The notes under the pieces are model-generated. The model was not told where the DNA came from and made no database searches. It was given only the letters and a program-made list of their open reading frames with translations. Below, piece by piece: positions 37,090-46,965 of a stretch of DNA of 64,000 nucleotides (positions are counted from its first letter, which is position 1; every line of letters starts with the position of its first letter). The translations under genes were made by a program, and so were the position numbers. The DNA comes from Nanobdellota archaeon (GTDB lineage: Archaea > Nanobdellota > Nanobdellia > Parvarchaeales > Parvarchaeaceae). Where the stretch lies: the NCBI GenBank assembly GCA_021817165.1, contig JAKAVT010000004.1, forward strand, positions 1,757 to 65,756, written 5' to 3'.

Positions 37090-38493
37090 TTAATCCAAAT
37101 ACTTCTTTGTTATGACAAAAGTGTTAGGTAAATCTGCAATGAAATAACCATTTTCGCTTATCCTTTGCCTTAATAAATCGGCTGCTACAAAGTCCTTATC
37201 CTTCCTTTTCTTTTCCCTCTCCTCTGCTAAAGCAATCATTTCCTGAGGTATTTCATAGTCTATGTAAACTCCTAAAAAGCCGTTCATCTTGCTGATTGCA
37301 TTTGAAAGAGCAGAAAACTCTTTATTGTCAATCTTTCCTTTCTCTGTCTTTTCATCTGCTAAATCAAGCAGTGAAAGGAAATGCTGCAAAGCTTCATGCG
37401 TGTTTAGATCATTGTTAACAGCTTCTTTGAATGCCTGTAGTTCATTATCCACTTTCTGCTTTGTCTGTATCCTTGAGTAACTATCTTCTTTTTCATCGTA
37501 TTTCTTCGTTTTGTTCAGCGCTTTTATGGATAAATCTATCTTTCCCAGTAGTTTTTCATACTTCCTCAGGTTTTCAAAGTTGAAATCTAATTTGTTTCTA
37601 TAATGGCTGTCGATTACCATTAATCTGAAAGACAGCGGATTAAAGCCCTGTTTCTCTAGATCCCTCAAAGTATAGAAATTATTCAATGACTTTGACATTT
37701 TCTGGTTGTTTACAAGCAAGTGTTCTCCATGCAGCCAGTAATCAACGAATTTTTGCTTGCTGTAGCTCTCGCTCTGCGCTATTTCATTCTCATGATGCGG
37801 GAATATCAAATCTACAGCTCCGCAGTGTATATCGATTGTTTTGCCGAGGTATTTCATTGACATAGCACTGCATTCAATATGCCATCCCGGTCTGCCTTTT
37901 TTCAGTTTTCCTTCCCAGTGGACCTTTCCATCGTTTGTATCCCAGTATTTCCACAAGGCAAAATCCGCCGCATTGTCTTTGTCATACTCATCGGTCTTTA
38001 TCCTCGAATAATCGCCGTTAACCTTCATCCCTGATAATTTGCCGTAATCCTTGAACTTTGAAACGCTGAAGTATATGCCGTCCTCTGCCTCGTAAGCATA
38101 TCCTTCCTTTAACAGTTTTGCAATGATTTTTTGCATTTCATCGATGTTATCCGTTGCCTTCGTAAACTTTATGTCCATGTCTACATTTAATTTTTCTAAA
38201 TCTTCCATAAAGTACTTGGTGTAAAGTTCAGTGTATTCCTTTAAGGATACCCTGCTTTCTATAGCTCCCTTTATTGTTTTATCGTCAACGTCTGTAATGT
38301 TCATTACATGTTTAACCTTGTAATCGTTGAATTTGAAGGCCCTTTTGACCATGTCGTAGAATATGAACGTTCTAAGATTTCCGATGTGTACATAGTTGTA
38401 AACCGTCGGGCCGCACGTATACATCGTAACCAGCCCTTCCTTCAGGGCCTTGAAATTCTCCACCTTTTTGCTTAAAGTGTTGTAAATCTCCAT
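37090..38493 (-). CDS. cysS: Cysteine-tRNA ligase
   Basis: YTCGPTVY, HIGN, NITDVDDK, DFALWK, GRPGWHIECS, FPHHENE, KMSKS. Confidence 0.97.
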   Translation of the reverse strand: MEIYNTLSKKVENFKALKEGLVTMYTCGPTVYNYVHIGNLRTFIFYDMVKRAFKFNDYKVKHVMNITDVDDKTIKGAIESRVSLKEYTELYTKYFMEDLEKLNVDMDIKFTKATDNIDEMQKIIAKLLKEGYAYEAEDGIYFSVSKFKDYGKLSGMKVNGDYSRIKTDEYDKDNAADFALWKYWDTNDGKVHWEGKLKKGRPGWHIECSAMSMKYLGKTIDIHCGAVDLIFPHHENEIAQSESYSKQKFVDYWLHGEHLLVNNQKMSKSLNNFYTLRDLEKQGFNPLSFRLMVIDSHYRNKLDFNFENLRKYEKLLGKIDLSIKALNKTKKYDEKEDSYSRIQTKQKVDNELQAFKEAVNNDLNTHEALQHFLSLLDLADEKTEKGKIDNKEFSALSNAISKMNGFLGVYIDYEIPQEMIALAEEREKKRKDKDFVAADLLRQRISENGYFIADLPNTFVITKKYLD

Positions 38494-38584
38494 AAAGACA
38501 ATAATCTCTTTTCACGAATATAAACTGTAAGTATTCAAAGAATCGATAAGTTAACATTAAATAATAAAGATTGGTATAGATTGT

Positions 38585-39283
38585 ATGATGTTGGGAAAAG
38601 GCGGCAGGTACCTGGGCGGATTGCTTCTGTTCTTAGGACTTCTTTTCTTCACATTGATATTCGCAGGCTTTTCATCTGGCTTTTTATCGCATTCATTTGC
38701 ACAAAATGCAGTTTCAAAGATAGTGAACTATACCGTGCAGCAGGATGAACTAACCAATATAATATCGAGCACAAACGTCACTGGTTTGACGTCAACTGTC
38801 ACTGCAAAGCTAAACTCCCAGATATCGTATATAAACTGCGGCATGGGCTGCCTGGCTTCCTCTTTTTTAAAGGATTCCACGGGAATAAACCTATCCATGA
38901 ACAATATAGACATCTACCACTATGAGCTTGCCTCTCTTGCAATAGCAATCATCGGCATAGTACTGATATTCTTTTCCTATAAAAAAGAGAAAAAACTCGT
39001 TGCAGTAGGCAAAAACGTGATTTCAATGGCCATCATATCGATAGTACTGTTCTACATACCGTTGGCATACATAATACCGATACTCCTTTCTTTTTCGGTT
39101 TCTACTTATTCTGTAAAGATACCCGCTAACATATTTTCCGGTTTTGCGGGCACTCTGCTTGTAATTGACATAGCGCTGATCATAGCAGGCGTTGTTTTGA
39201 TGATAATAGCGGCAATACTTTCTAGAATAGGGAAAAACCCCATGCAGAGCACAGGCACAAAATTAATAGTGGCGCACAAGTAA
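38585..39283 (+). CDS. Multi-pass membrane hypothetical protein
   Basis: About four TM segments with an extracellular loop. Confidence 0.75.
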   Translation: MMLGKGGRYLGGLLLFLGLLFFTLIFAGFSSGFLSHSFAQNAVSKIVNYTVQQDELTNIISSTNVTGLTSTVTAKLNSQISYINCGMGCLASSFLKDSTGINLSMNNIDIYHYELASLAIAIIGIVLIFFSYKKEKKLVAVGKNVISMAIISIVLFYIPLAYIIPILLSFSVSTYSVKIPANIFSGFAGTLLVIDIALIIAGVVLMIIAAILSRIGKNPMQSTGTKLIVAHK

Positions 39284-39315
39284 AACCATAAATATTCTTC
39301 ATGCAGAAAAGTTAG

Positions 39316-40233
39316 ATGACATCAAAACGCTTCAGATATAGGCACAACTTTTCCTTTATAATAGCGACGGGCTTATTTCTGTCCATTACAAATGCGGTCT
39401 GGGCGTTCCTGCTCTCGATAGCCGAAACGGCAAACGGCGATTTTGCCGCAGTGGCGTTGATAATGGTACTCGGACAGGTGCCGATTACAGTGGTTGTCGT
39501 ACTGTTAAGGAAGGAAAGGATTGTTTTTTCTTTTTACCCCGCGGTGACTGGAGTACTTTACGGGCTTGCAAACGTGCTCCTTCTAAGCATCTTCTCCTTC
39601 AGGAATTCGGCCGTGATATACTCTCTGATATCTCCCACGATAATCGTTTTCATAATCGCGGAGATATTCATAAACCGCAAGAAAATAATGAAAAGGAACG
39701 TGAAAAACCTCGCGGTCGGAGGCGGCATTGCAGGCATCGGCTTCTTTGTCTTGTCTCTATCCGGATTAAACCTGTCAATAATAACGCCCTACGACATATT
39801 CTTATCCATAATTCTGATAGTGCTGTACGGCCTTGCCGGATTTTTTTTCACCCAGACGGGATTGAAAAGCAGGAGGACTTACTTTCCAATAATCGTAATT
39901 GACATCTTTGAGATTGCGACAATCTTGCCTTTCCTGCTTTTTTACAGGTTCACCATACCGGTTAATGGATTGACAATAGCGCTTCTTGCCGGCTTGGTTG
40001 TGAGCGTGGGTGTGATAATGAGCTTTGTCGGATACGGAACTCTCGAAAAAAGCCGCAAAGCAATCCCTTATTCATCGGTGATGTACATACTATCCGAGAT
40101 GGAAACGCTTTTCCTGCTGCTTTTTTACAGTATATTCGTAAGAGTACTTAATTTATACGTAATAGGCTCCATCCTGCTTATAATTCTGGCTATCTGGTAT
40201 CTATCAAAAGAATCCGACGTTTCTTTTTCCTAG
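39316..40233 (+). CDS. 10-TM membrane protein, possibly DMT/EamA-like transporter
   Basis: About ten hydrophobic helices in 305 aa, arranged in two halves. Confidence 0.55.
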   Translation: MTSKRFRYRHNFSFIIATGLFLSITNAVWAFLLSIAETANGDFAAVALIMVLGQVPITVVVVLLRKERIVFSFYPAVTGVLYGLANVLLLSIFSFRNSAVIYSLISPTIIVFIIAEIFINRKKIMKRNVKNLAVGGGIAGIGFFVLSLSGLNLSIITPYDIFLSIILIVLYGLAGFFFTQTGLKSRRTYFPIIVIDIFEIATILPFLLFYRFTIPVNGLTIALLAGLVVSVGVIMSFVGYGTLEKSRKAIPYSSVMYILSEMETLFLLLFYSIFVRVLNLYVIGSILLIILAIWYLSKESDVSFS

Positions 40234-40237
40234 AGAT

Positions 40238-40327
40238 TCATTCGCTTTCGCTGCTGTAGTATTCTTTTAGAACTTCGTTTGAATCCTTTTCAACTTCCTG
40301 TTCTATTGCTTTTTCTTCCTTGTCCAT
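40238..40327 (-). CDS. Small acidic protein (29 aa)
   Basis: MDKEEKAIEQEVEKDSNEVLKEYYSSESE*, with TTTTTATATAAT about 25 nt upstream, matching the leaderless pattern. Confidence 0.45.
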   Translation of the reverse strand: MDKEEKAIEQEVEKDSNEVLKEYYSSESE

Positions 40328-40511
40328 AATTTTGCCTTAATACGCTCATTATATAAAAACGTTAATCAACCGACTTCTGTCATTTGACAAAACAGATTAA
40401 AATTTAAATGTTATTCTAGAAGAAAAAATTTACGTAAAACCCAACTAGTAATCTCCTATAAGCATTCTGTAAAGCAGATTTGACAAAAATTACATTCGAA
40501 AGTACTGAAAA

Positions 40512-40620
40512 AGGTGAGCGCGGGAGTCGAACCCGCCTACTTCGTTAACGGCTATGTCTCACAACGCTAGACAGCATTTGTCATTTGCAGACGAATACAT
40601 AGCCGCTCTGTCAGCTCACC
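40512..40620 (-). tRNA. tRNA-Cys(GCA) with 38-nt intron at 37/38 (intron 40547-40584)
   Basis: GGTGAGC/GCTCACC acceptor with U73, TTCGT-CTGCAA[intron]A-ACGAA anticodon arm, GCGGG-TTCGACT-CCCGC T arm; removing the intron gives 71 nt. Confidence 0.92.
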
Positions 40621-40727
40621 ACATGACAGAATAACAATTTAATCTGCAGTAACTTAATAATACTTTCTACCTGCAGAGTAAGCGATTAGACTTACCTATA
40701 CATTTAATTTATGGTAAACAAAAACAA

Positions 40728-41060
40728 CTATGAGATATTCTTTCCAAGCGGAACTTCGTTATCCGGAGAAAGCAAAACGACACCATTTTCAGTTTCCACT
40801 CCTAAAACAAGGACCTCCGAGAGAAAGTCTGCAATTTGCTTTGGCTTGAAATTAACTACCGCTATTATCTGCTTTCCGATTAAGTCTTCCTTTCTATAGA
40901 GCTTTGTAATCTGTGCACTGCTTCCCTTTATTCCTATTTCTCCAAAATCTATCTTTAGCTTATAAGCCGGCTTTTTTGCATTTGGAAAGTCTTCTACACC
41001 AATTATCTTCCCGGTCCTTATGTCAACTTTCTTGAAATCCTGAACCTCTATATATTCCAT
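40728..41060 (-). CDS. csaA: CsaA-like tRNA-binding/secretion chaperone (OB-fold)
   Basis: DIRTGKI, FPNAKKPAYKL.IDFG, SSAQIT, VVNFKPKQIA, SEVLVLG. Confidence 0.9.
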   Translation of the reverse strand: MEYIEVQDFKKVDIRTGKIIGVEDFPNAKKPAYKLKIDFGEIGIKGSSAQITKLYRKEDLIGKQIIAVVNFKPKQIADFLSEVLVLGVETENGVVLLSPDNEVPLGKNIS

Positions 41061-41680
41061 TATTTCTTCTTGGTTATCCTTAAAATGGAAGCTATTTTCT
41101 TTCTAAAGATGTAAATCAGGAAGAAAAGAACGAATATTACTGCAACGTAAACTCCTGCTTTTTCAAAGATATTTGCTATGGATTCCCAGTTACTTGAAAG
41201 GTAATAGCCGGTATAGACAAGAAAACCTGACCAGATAAGTACTCCTGCAGAGGAATAAGCTATGAACTTCTTTATGTCCATCTTGAAAGCACCGCATATT
41301 ATCCCGGCTATAGAACGAATCGCAGGCAAAAGCTTTGTGAAGAAAGCAAAGTAATCTCCGTATTTCTTTATCCACCTTATGCCCTTTTCATACTCTAAGT
41401 CTTTGAAGCCAAGTTTTTTCGAATACTTGAGAAATATCTCTATACCCAAGAAGTAACCAAGCAGAAAACCCACTATGCTTCCCAATATGGAAGCCGTTAC
41501 TGCGTCAGTAAACCCTAAATATGGGTTGATTTTGCCTATCGCTATAAGAAAGCCTGTAAATGGCAGCACTACTTCACTTGGTATGGGCAGTATTACTGAC
41601 TCAAGGAACATCAATATAAAAATGGCAGAATAGCTATTGCTTTCCAAGAATGCAAGTATCTGATCCAAACCAAAAATCAT
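41060..41680 (-). CDS. DedA family membrane protein
   Basis: LMFLES..LPIPSE, GY.LG, KYG, LLPAIRS, G..KM...F. Confidence 0.92.
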   Translation of the reverse strand: MIFGLDQILAFLESNSYSAIFILMFLESVILPIPSEVVLPFTGFLIAIGKINPYLGFTDAVTASILGSIVGFLLGYFLGIEIFLKYSKKLGFKDLEYEKGIRWIKKYGDYFAFFTKLLPAIRSIAGIICGAFKMDIKKFIAYSSAGVLIWSGFLVYTGYYLSSNWESIANIFEKAGVYVAVIFVLFFLIYIFRKKIASILRITKKK

Positions 41681-41681
41681 T

Positions 41682-42122
41682 TTACACCTTTTTTATGAGC
41701 TCTCTCGGATCCTTGTCGTCAACCTTTAAGCCAAGGCTTAAGCATGAACCTAAAACTTCGTTTATCATTCCCTGCTCGTTCTTTGCAAGCGAGTATTTTG
41801 AATGGTCTTTTGCTATCTTCTTCACTTTTTCAAATGATATTGAAGCTGAATCCTTCCTATCGCCGAAGCCTTTTTCCAAACCTGCTTCTTTTATTAGAAG
41901 CTGCGAAACGGAAGGCATCAATACATTTAATTCGTATTCCTTTGTTGCCTTGTCTATCTCTATCTCCACAGGCACTTTCATTCCAGCAAAATCCTTCGTC
42001 TTATCGTTTATTTTCTTGACCACTTCTGGTGGCTTCAAACCCAGCATTGTAAGCTGCGGTCCCAAAGGCGGGGCAGGAGTAGCCTTTCCTCCTTCAACAA
42101 CAATCTTGACTTTCGTTTTCAT
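41682..42122 (-). CDS. rpl11: 50S ribosomal protein uL11
   Basis: VEGGKATPAPPLGP, IN.KTKDF.GMKVPV, GSC.SLG. Confidence 0.95.
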   Translation of the reverse strand: MKTKVKIVVEGGKATPAPPLGPQLTMLGLKPPEVVKKINDKTKDFAGMKVPVEIEIDKATKEYELNVLMPSVSQLLIKEAGLEKGFGDRKDSASISFEKVKKIAKDHSKYSLAKNEQGMINEVLGSCLSLGLKVDDKDPRELIKKV

Positions 42123-42595
42123 TTTTGATCACTTTCGCTTTTTATTGTAGACACGTCTGCTATTTTAATATTAACGTTTATAGGAACCGCGGACTCTAAA
42201 AACATTACTGTTAATTCTTCCTTTTCCTTGTTTACGGCTTTAACGGTTGCCGTCTCTCCCTTGAACGGGCCCGAAAGGACTTTTACGACATCCCCTATGT
42301 TTATGTCTATCTTCTGTTTTTTCTTCTCTATAGTCTTCAAAGCCTCTTCCTTCGATAATTCCTTGTTCATTACGCCGCGGATGTGCTTTATGTTGTAGAT
42401 TAGATTGGAAACGCTTTCCTTTGAGTCTGCTTCTACTATCAGATAACCTTTCAACGAATACGGCTTTATAACCGAGTAAATGCCTTGCACCCTTGCAAGC
42501 TGCGATTCCAGCCTCTCCAGGGCCTGCATTTCCCTTCCTATCGTAACCCTAATTATGAAGAAATGCGATTCTTCATTATTCTCAGTAGCTTCCAT
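42119..42595 (-). CDS. spt5: Transcription elongation factor Spt5 (NusG family)
   Basis: NGN domain (VTIGRE, LKGYLIVE) plus KOW (GDVVKVLSGPFKGE). Confidence 0.94.
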   Translation of the reverse strand: MEATENNEESHFFIIRVTIGREMQALERLESQLARVQGIYSVIKPYSLKGYLIVEADSKESVSNLIYNIKHIRGVMNKELSKEEALKTIEKKKQKIDINIGDVVKVLSGPFKGETATVKAVNKEKEELTVMFLESAVPINVNIKIADVSTIKSESDQK

Positions 42596-42639
42596 ATATT
42601 TTAAAGAATATTATTCTAAGAATTTAACAGTATAAAAGC

Positions 42640-43143
42640 TTATATATTGCCTTTATAGCACCATGTATCAAGCATATCCTGCCACTTACTAAATTCCTCT
42701 TCTTTAATATTTGCAAACTTCATTATATCTTTTACCCACTCTCCTTTTTTGATGTACGCTATTTCAAACGTGTATTCCGTGCTTTTACGGGCATAATAAT
42801 CGTCAATGATGTTTGAAAAAAAAGGTGAAAGCAGATTACTTAGAGAGTTAAAATCCGGTTTTTGCTTCTCGAGGATTTCTTTGTTTAAGTAAGGTTTCTT
42901 TACAAAATATAAGACCGGTTCATATCTTTTCCCATTACTAACAGATAAAAACACCAGATAAGTCTTTAAATACTGCCCGGAGTTAAACCCTATTTTATTA
43001 ATTTTTATATCGCCGGAATCGCCGCTTAATACACTTTCTGAGATAGACCCGGTATCCGTAAGTTGCGTGTCATTGTCAGGGATACCTATTATCGCATTTA
43101 GTAGTTCATCCAGACTGTTTCTATTTTTATCTATTTCGACCAT
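42640..43143 (-). CDS. Hypothetical protein
   Basis: 167-aa ORF with TTAAATA upstream. Confidence 0.65.
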   Translation of the reverse strand: MVEIDKNRNSLDELLNAIIGIPDNDTQLTDTGSISESVLSGDSGDIKINKIGFNSGQYLKTYLVFLSVSNGKRYEPVLYFVKKPYLNKEILEKQKPDFNSLSNLLSPFFSNIIDDYYARKSTEYTFEIAYIKKGEWVKDIMKFANIKEEEFSKWQDMLDTWCYKGNI

Positions 43144-43269
43144 CTTTTGATGAAGAGATTAACTAGTATTTAAGCATTTTTGCAAAGATACCCTCAAATC
43201 TGATATTAGAATACAGGACAAATGTTTCAAGATAAAAAGACTTAAATTAACGGTGTTTAGAAAGTAAAT

Positions 43270-43725
43270 ATGGCAGAAAAACTAGAAAGCATAATCGATC
43301 CTAGAAAACTTAGAAAAATTGCAAAAAAGGATATAGAACTTGAAGGGCTAAAAGAACTTTACGGTAAACCGGTGGCTTTTCTTGGAGTCAGTCCCTTTTT
43401 CATGGATTACGGCCGTTTTCCGAAAAAGACGTATCTGGTTTTGCCTCATTTCAGGGAGAAGTTCAAACTTCAGGAAACAGAGTATTCAAACGATACTGTA
43501 ATCGTAAAGATTTCAGGAAACGAAACAGAAAAAATAGAGCCGATGGATTACATGCATGACAACGGTGATGGTTCATATGATTTCCCGCGGTTCATTACCA
43601 TAAAAACTTTCAACAGCTATTTGCACATCTGCTCATCGAACTTCGAAAACAGCGAGTACGTAGAAATAAAGAAAAATACAAAAAAGATAAAGGCAGTTTT
43701 TGAAAAACGGACTGCATATTTATAA
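43270..43725 (+). CDS. Hypothetical protein
   Basis: 151-aa ORF with TTAAATTA upstream; divergent from 43143. Confidence 0.65.
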   Translation: MAEKLESIIDPRKLRKIAKKDIELEGLKELYGKPVAFLGVSPFFMDYGRFPKKTYLVLPHFREKFKLQETEYSNDTVIVKISGNETEKIEPMDYMHDNGDGSYDFPRFITIKTFNSYLHICSSNFENSEYVEIKKNTKKIKAVFEKRTAYL

Positions 43726-43757
43726 ACAAAAAACCATAATAGATAGTATTATTTTGA

Positions 43758-43832
43758 GGGCTCGTAGCTCAACTAGGTCAGAGCATTCGGCTTTTAACCG
43801 AGTGGTTGCGGGTTCAAATCCCGTCGAGCCCA
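43758..43832 (+). tRNA. tRNA-Lys(TTT)
   Basis: GGGCTCG/CGAGCCC acceptor, TTCGG-CTTTTAA-CCGAG, GCGGG-TTCAAAT-CCCGT. Confidence 0.96.
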
Positions 43833-43895
43833 TAATTAACTAAAAATTAATAAGATAGGTAAAAGACCAGCTGTTTCTAAGTCTTTTACTGGATA

Positions 43896-44441
43896 TCAAT
43901 CTTTTTTCAAAAGCTCCATGTATTCTTTCCTTAGTTTTGCTATTTTAGGACGGATGACCATAAAACAATAAGGGTTCAGAGGATTATTCTTGTAGTAATC
44001 CTGATGGTATTTCTCTGCGAGATAAAATTCTTTCAACGGCTCCAGAGCAGTGACTATCGGCTTGTCCCAAAGCTTTTCTTCCGTTAATTCTTTTATGACC
44101 TTCTCTGCTATTTCTCTCTGCTTATCATCAACGTAGAATATCTCGGATCTATACTGGCTTCCTACGTCATTTCCCTGCCTATTCAGGCTGGTAGGATCAT
44201 GTAAAGTGAAGAAAACCTGCAACAGCTGTTTGTATGAGATTACTGAAGGATTAAAGGTAAGTCTCACCGATTCAGCATGTCCTGTTTTGCCTGTGCAGAC
44301 CTCTTCGTAAGAAGGATCTTTAACATTTCCTCCGCTGTACCCGGATTCGACCTTTTCCACGCCTTTTATCTGCTTAAAAATTGCTTCCATACACCAAAAG
44401 CAGCCTCCTGCCAGCACCGCCGTTTCAAGCTTTTTCTCCAT
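43896..44441 (-). CDS. msrA: Peptide methionine sulfoxide reductase A
   Basis: GGCFWC, GYSGG, YEEVC.G.TGHAE, HDPT.LNRQGND.G.QYRS, AE.YHQ.Y. Start moved to the ATG at 44441 (MEKKL), which has a TATA-like element upstream. Confidence 0.95.
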   Translation of the reverse strand: MEKKLETAVLAGGCFWCMEAIFKQIKGVEKVESGYSGGNVKDPSYEEVCTGKTGHAESVRLTFNPSVISYKQLLQVFFTLHDPTSLNRQGNDVGSQYRSEIFYVDDKQREIAEKVIKELTEEKLWDKPIVTALEPLKEFYLAEKYHQDYYKNNPLNPYCFMVIRPKIAKLRKEYMELLKKD

Positions 44442-44543
44442 GAATATAAATGATGCACTGCACATTTTAATATTGTCATTTACGGCGTCAAACAAAGAAT
44501 TAAAGTTATAAGAACATAAAATTAATTATATTGTAATACTACG

Positions 44544-46067
44544 ATGGAAACAGAAGGAACCGAGATAGTAGAAAATTACCAAGTTATCTCTGACGGTATA
44601 TCCGCCGACGTAAAGATATTGAGGATACCTTCCAAATTCACGATGAGCTACAGGATAACGACTCCGGTAATAGACCAGAGCATGAACGCCGTGTTGACTG
44701 AGATAAGAACCGAACTTATAAAGGAGGACCCTTCAAAGATACAACAGCTTTCTCAGACGACGTCTGAAGCACTCAAAAGGGAATTTCTAGACATAGTACA
44801 GAAGAAACTGCAGGAGATAATACCTGGAATGCAGGAAAAATCATACCTTGAGCTTTCAGCCACGCTTCTGCATGAAATGTTCGGCCTTGGGATAATAGAG
44901 GTGCTTGACGTTGACCCCAACCTTGAAGAGGTGGTAATAAACGATTCAAAGACGCAGGTAATGGTTTACCACATTAAATATGGATGGCTTGAGACTAACG
45001 TAAGAATAGAATCGGAAACTAAGATTGAATCATATGCGCAGCAGATTGCAAGAAAGGTCGGAAGGCAGATCACAAATCTAAATCCATTGCTGGACGCACA
45101 GCTTCCGAACGGAGACAGGGTTAACGCTACGCTGTATCCGATATCAACGCATGGAAACACGCTGGACATAAGGAAGTTCCGTGCCGAACCTTGGACCATA
45201 ATAGACTTTCTAAAGAGAAAAACGGTCTCCCCTGAACTGGTTTCGTTTGTATGGCAGGCCATGCAGTACGAACTTTCATTTCTTGTTACTGGAGGTACGG
45301 CAGCCGGTAAAACGTCGATGCTTAACGTGTTCCTTCCGTTCATCCCTCCAAATCAAAGGATAATAACGATAGAGGATACCAGCGAGCTTGTCCTTCCGAA
45401 ATACATGCACTGGGTGCCGATGCTTACGAGGCAGCCTAACTCCGAAGGGAAAGGCCAAGTGACCATGTTGGATTTGCTGCTTAACTCCCTTAGAATGAGG
45501 CCGGATCGTTTAGTAGTAGGTGAGATAAGAAGGAAAGAGGATGCACAGACGCTTTTTGAAGCAATGATGACCGGCCACTCCGTTTATGCAACAATGCACG
45601 CAGAAACGGCGCAGCAGGTCGTGAAAAGGCTGATTTCCGAGCCTATAGACCTGCCGGAAATCGAGGTTTCAACGCTTGACCTTATAATAACGTCATTCAG
45701 GCAGAGAAGGACTGGGGTAAGAAGGGTATTGGAGCTTGCAGAGATAGTCGAAAGACAGATAAGCGGAGTGATGGAATTGAAGACCAATAACCTGTTTGAA
45801 TGGAAGCCGAGAACAGACAGCATAGAAAGGACAATAAACACTTCGCAGAAGATTTCAACGAAGCTCGCTCTTTATTCCGGATTGACTAGCGAGGAAATGG
45901 CCGCAGATTTGGTGGAGAAGGAATCTGTACTGCAATGGATGATTGAAAAGGGGATAAACAACGTAAACGTCATAGGGCTGGCGGCAAGCAATTACTACAC
46001 AAATCATGACAGATTGATACAGCTGGTCAAGGACAAGGGAGACCCGTCGGAACTGGAAACGCTGTAA
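44544..46067 (+). CDS. Archaeal type IV pilus assembly ATPase (PilB/TadA/VirB11 family)
   Basis: LEEVVIN, PLLDAQLP.GDRVN, IRKF, Walker A GGTAAGKT, TIEDT.EL, LRMRPDRLVVGE, TGH...TMH. Confidence 0.93.
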   Translation: METEGTEIVENYQVISDGISADVKILRIPSKFTMSYRITTPVIDQSMNAVLTEIRTELIKEDPSKIQQLSQTTSEALKREFLDIVQKKLQEIIPGMQEKSYLELSATLLHEMFGLGIIEVLDVDPNLEEVVINDSKTQVMVYHIKYGWLETNVRIESETKIESYAQQIARKVGRQITNLNPLLDAQLPNGDRVNATLYPISTHGNTLDIRKFRAEPWTIIDFLKRKTVSPELVSFVWQAMQYELSFLVTGGTAAGKTSMLNVFLPFIPPNQRIITIEDTSELVLPKYMHWVPMLTRQPNSEGKGQVTMLDLLLNSLRMRPDRLVVGEIRRKEDAQTLFEAMMTGHSVYATMHAETAQQVVKRLISEPIDLPEIEVSTLDLIITSFRQRRTGVRRVLELAEIVERQISGVMELKTNNLFEWKPRTDSIERTINTSQKISTKLALYSGLTSEEMAADLVEKESVLQWMIEKGINNVNVIGLAASNYYTNHDRLIQLVKDKGDPSELETL

Positions 46068-46068
46068 G

Positions 46069-46965
46069 ATGGAAACTAAGATACCTGCTGTGATGATTTC
46101 ACCGGAAAAGGCATTGTTCTTCGGAAAGAAAGTGAAAAGATTCGCATCCAACTTCAAAGGCCTTGCACCCACGCTGAACCAAGACCTTATACAGGCGTCT
46201 ATGGACATAGATTACCTTGACTACATAGCGGCAGGGATAATAGTCACTTTGGTTCTTGTGGGCCTGATGGCCGGCGTATCCGGGCTTATACTGCTGATAG
46301 CAATAAAAAAGAACCTGCTTACCATAAAGATAGAGGCCATACTTCCCGTTCTTATTCTGGTGGTTCCGGGGGTTTACTTCCTGTATTTCCTTAACTACCC
46401 AAAGCTGCAGGCAACTAAAAGGACCAAGCTTATAGAGGAACAAGTCGTGTTTGCCACGAGGGAGATAATGATAAAGGTTGGTTCCGGAGTTCCGGTTTTC
46501 AATGCTCTGCTTGACGTGGCAAACGGAGAGTACGGCGTGGTATCGGATGAATTCAGGCTGGCGATAGAAGAGATAGAGTCGGGAATACCCCAGGAAGCAG
46601 CGTTGGATCATCTTGCTAGAAGGGTGCCTTCGCAGTCGCTTAGAAGGACAATAGACATAATGCTGAATGCCATAAAATCGGGAAGCGACGTTGCAGGTAC
46701 GCTTTCTCTTATAAACGATATGCTGATCAAAAAGCAGCAGTCTGACATGAAATCATATGCTGGAGAGCTTACGCCGATGTCAATGGCCTACATGCTGATT
46801 TCCGTGGTACTGCCGAGCCTTGGCATGTCGGTATTCGTCATTCTTGGTTCGCTTGCGCACTTCAATACCGTGGACATAATATACATTATACCCCCGTTCC
46901 TTCTGATATTTCAGGTATTCTTTATGGGAATGGTGGGAAACAGGAGGCCTTCGATAGGCGTATGA
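46069..46965 (+). CDS. Type II secretion system F / PilC-TadC membrane platform protein
   Basis: TM pairs, GSGVP..NAL, YG.VS.EF, GIP.E.AL; follows the ATPase. Confidence 0.88.
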   Translation: METKIPAVMISPEKALFFGKKVKRFASNFKGLAPTLNQDLIQASMDIDYLDYIAAGIIVTLVLVGLMAGVSGLILLIAIKKNLLTIKIEAILPVLILVVPGVYFLYFLNYPKLQATKRTKLIEEQVVFATREIMIKVGSGVPVFNALLDVANGEYGVVSDEFRLAIEEIESGIPQEAALDHLARRVPSQSLRRTIDIMLNAIKSGSDVAGTLSLINDMLIKKQQSDMKSYAGELTPMSMAYMLISVVLPSLGMSVFVILGSLAHFNTVDIIYIIPPFLLIFQVFFMGMVGNRRPSIGV

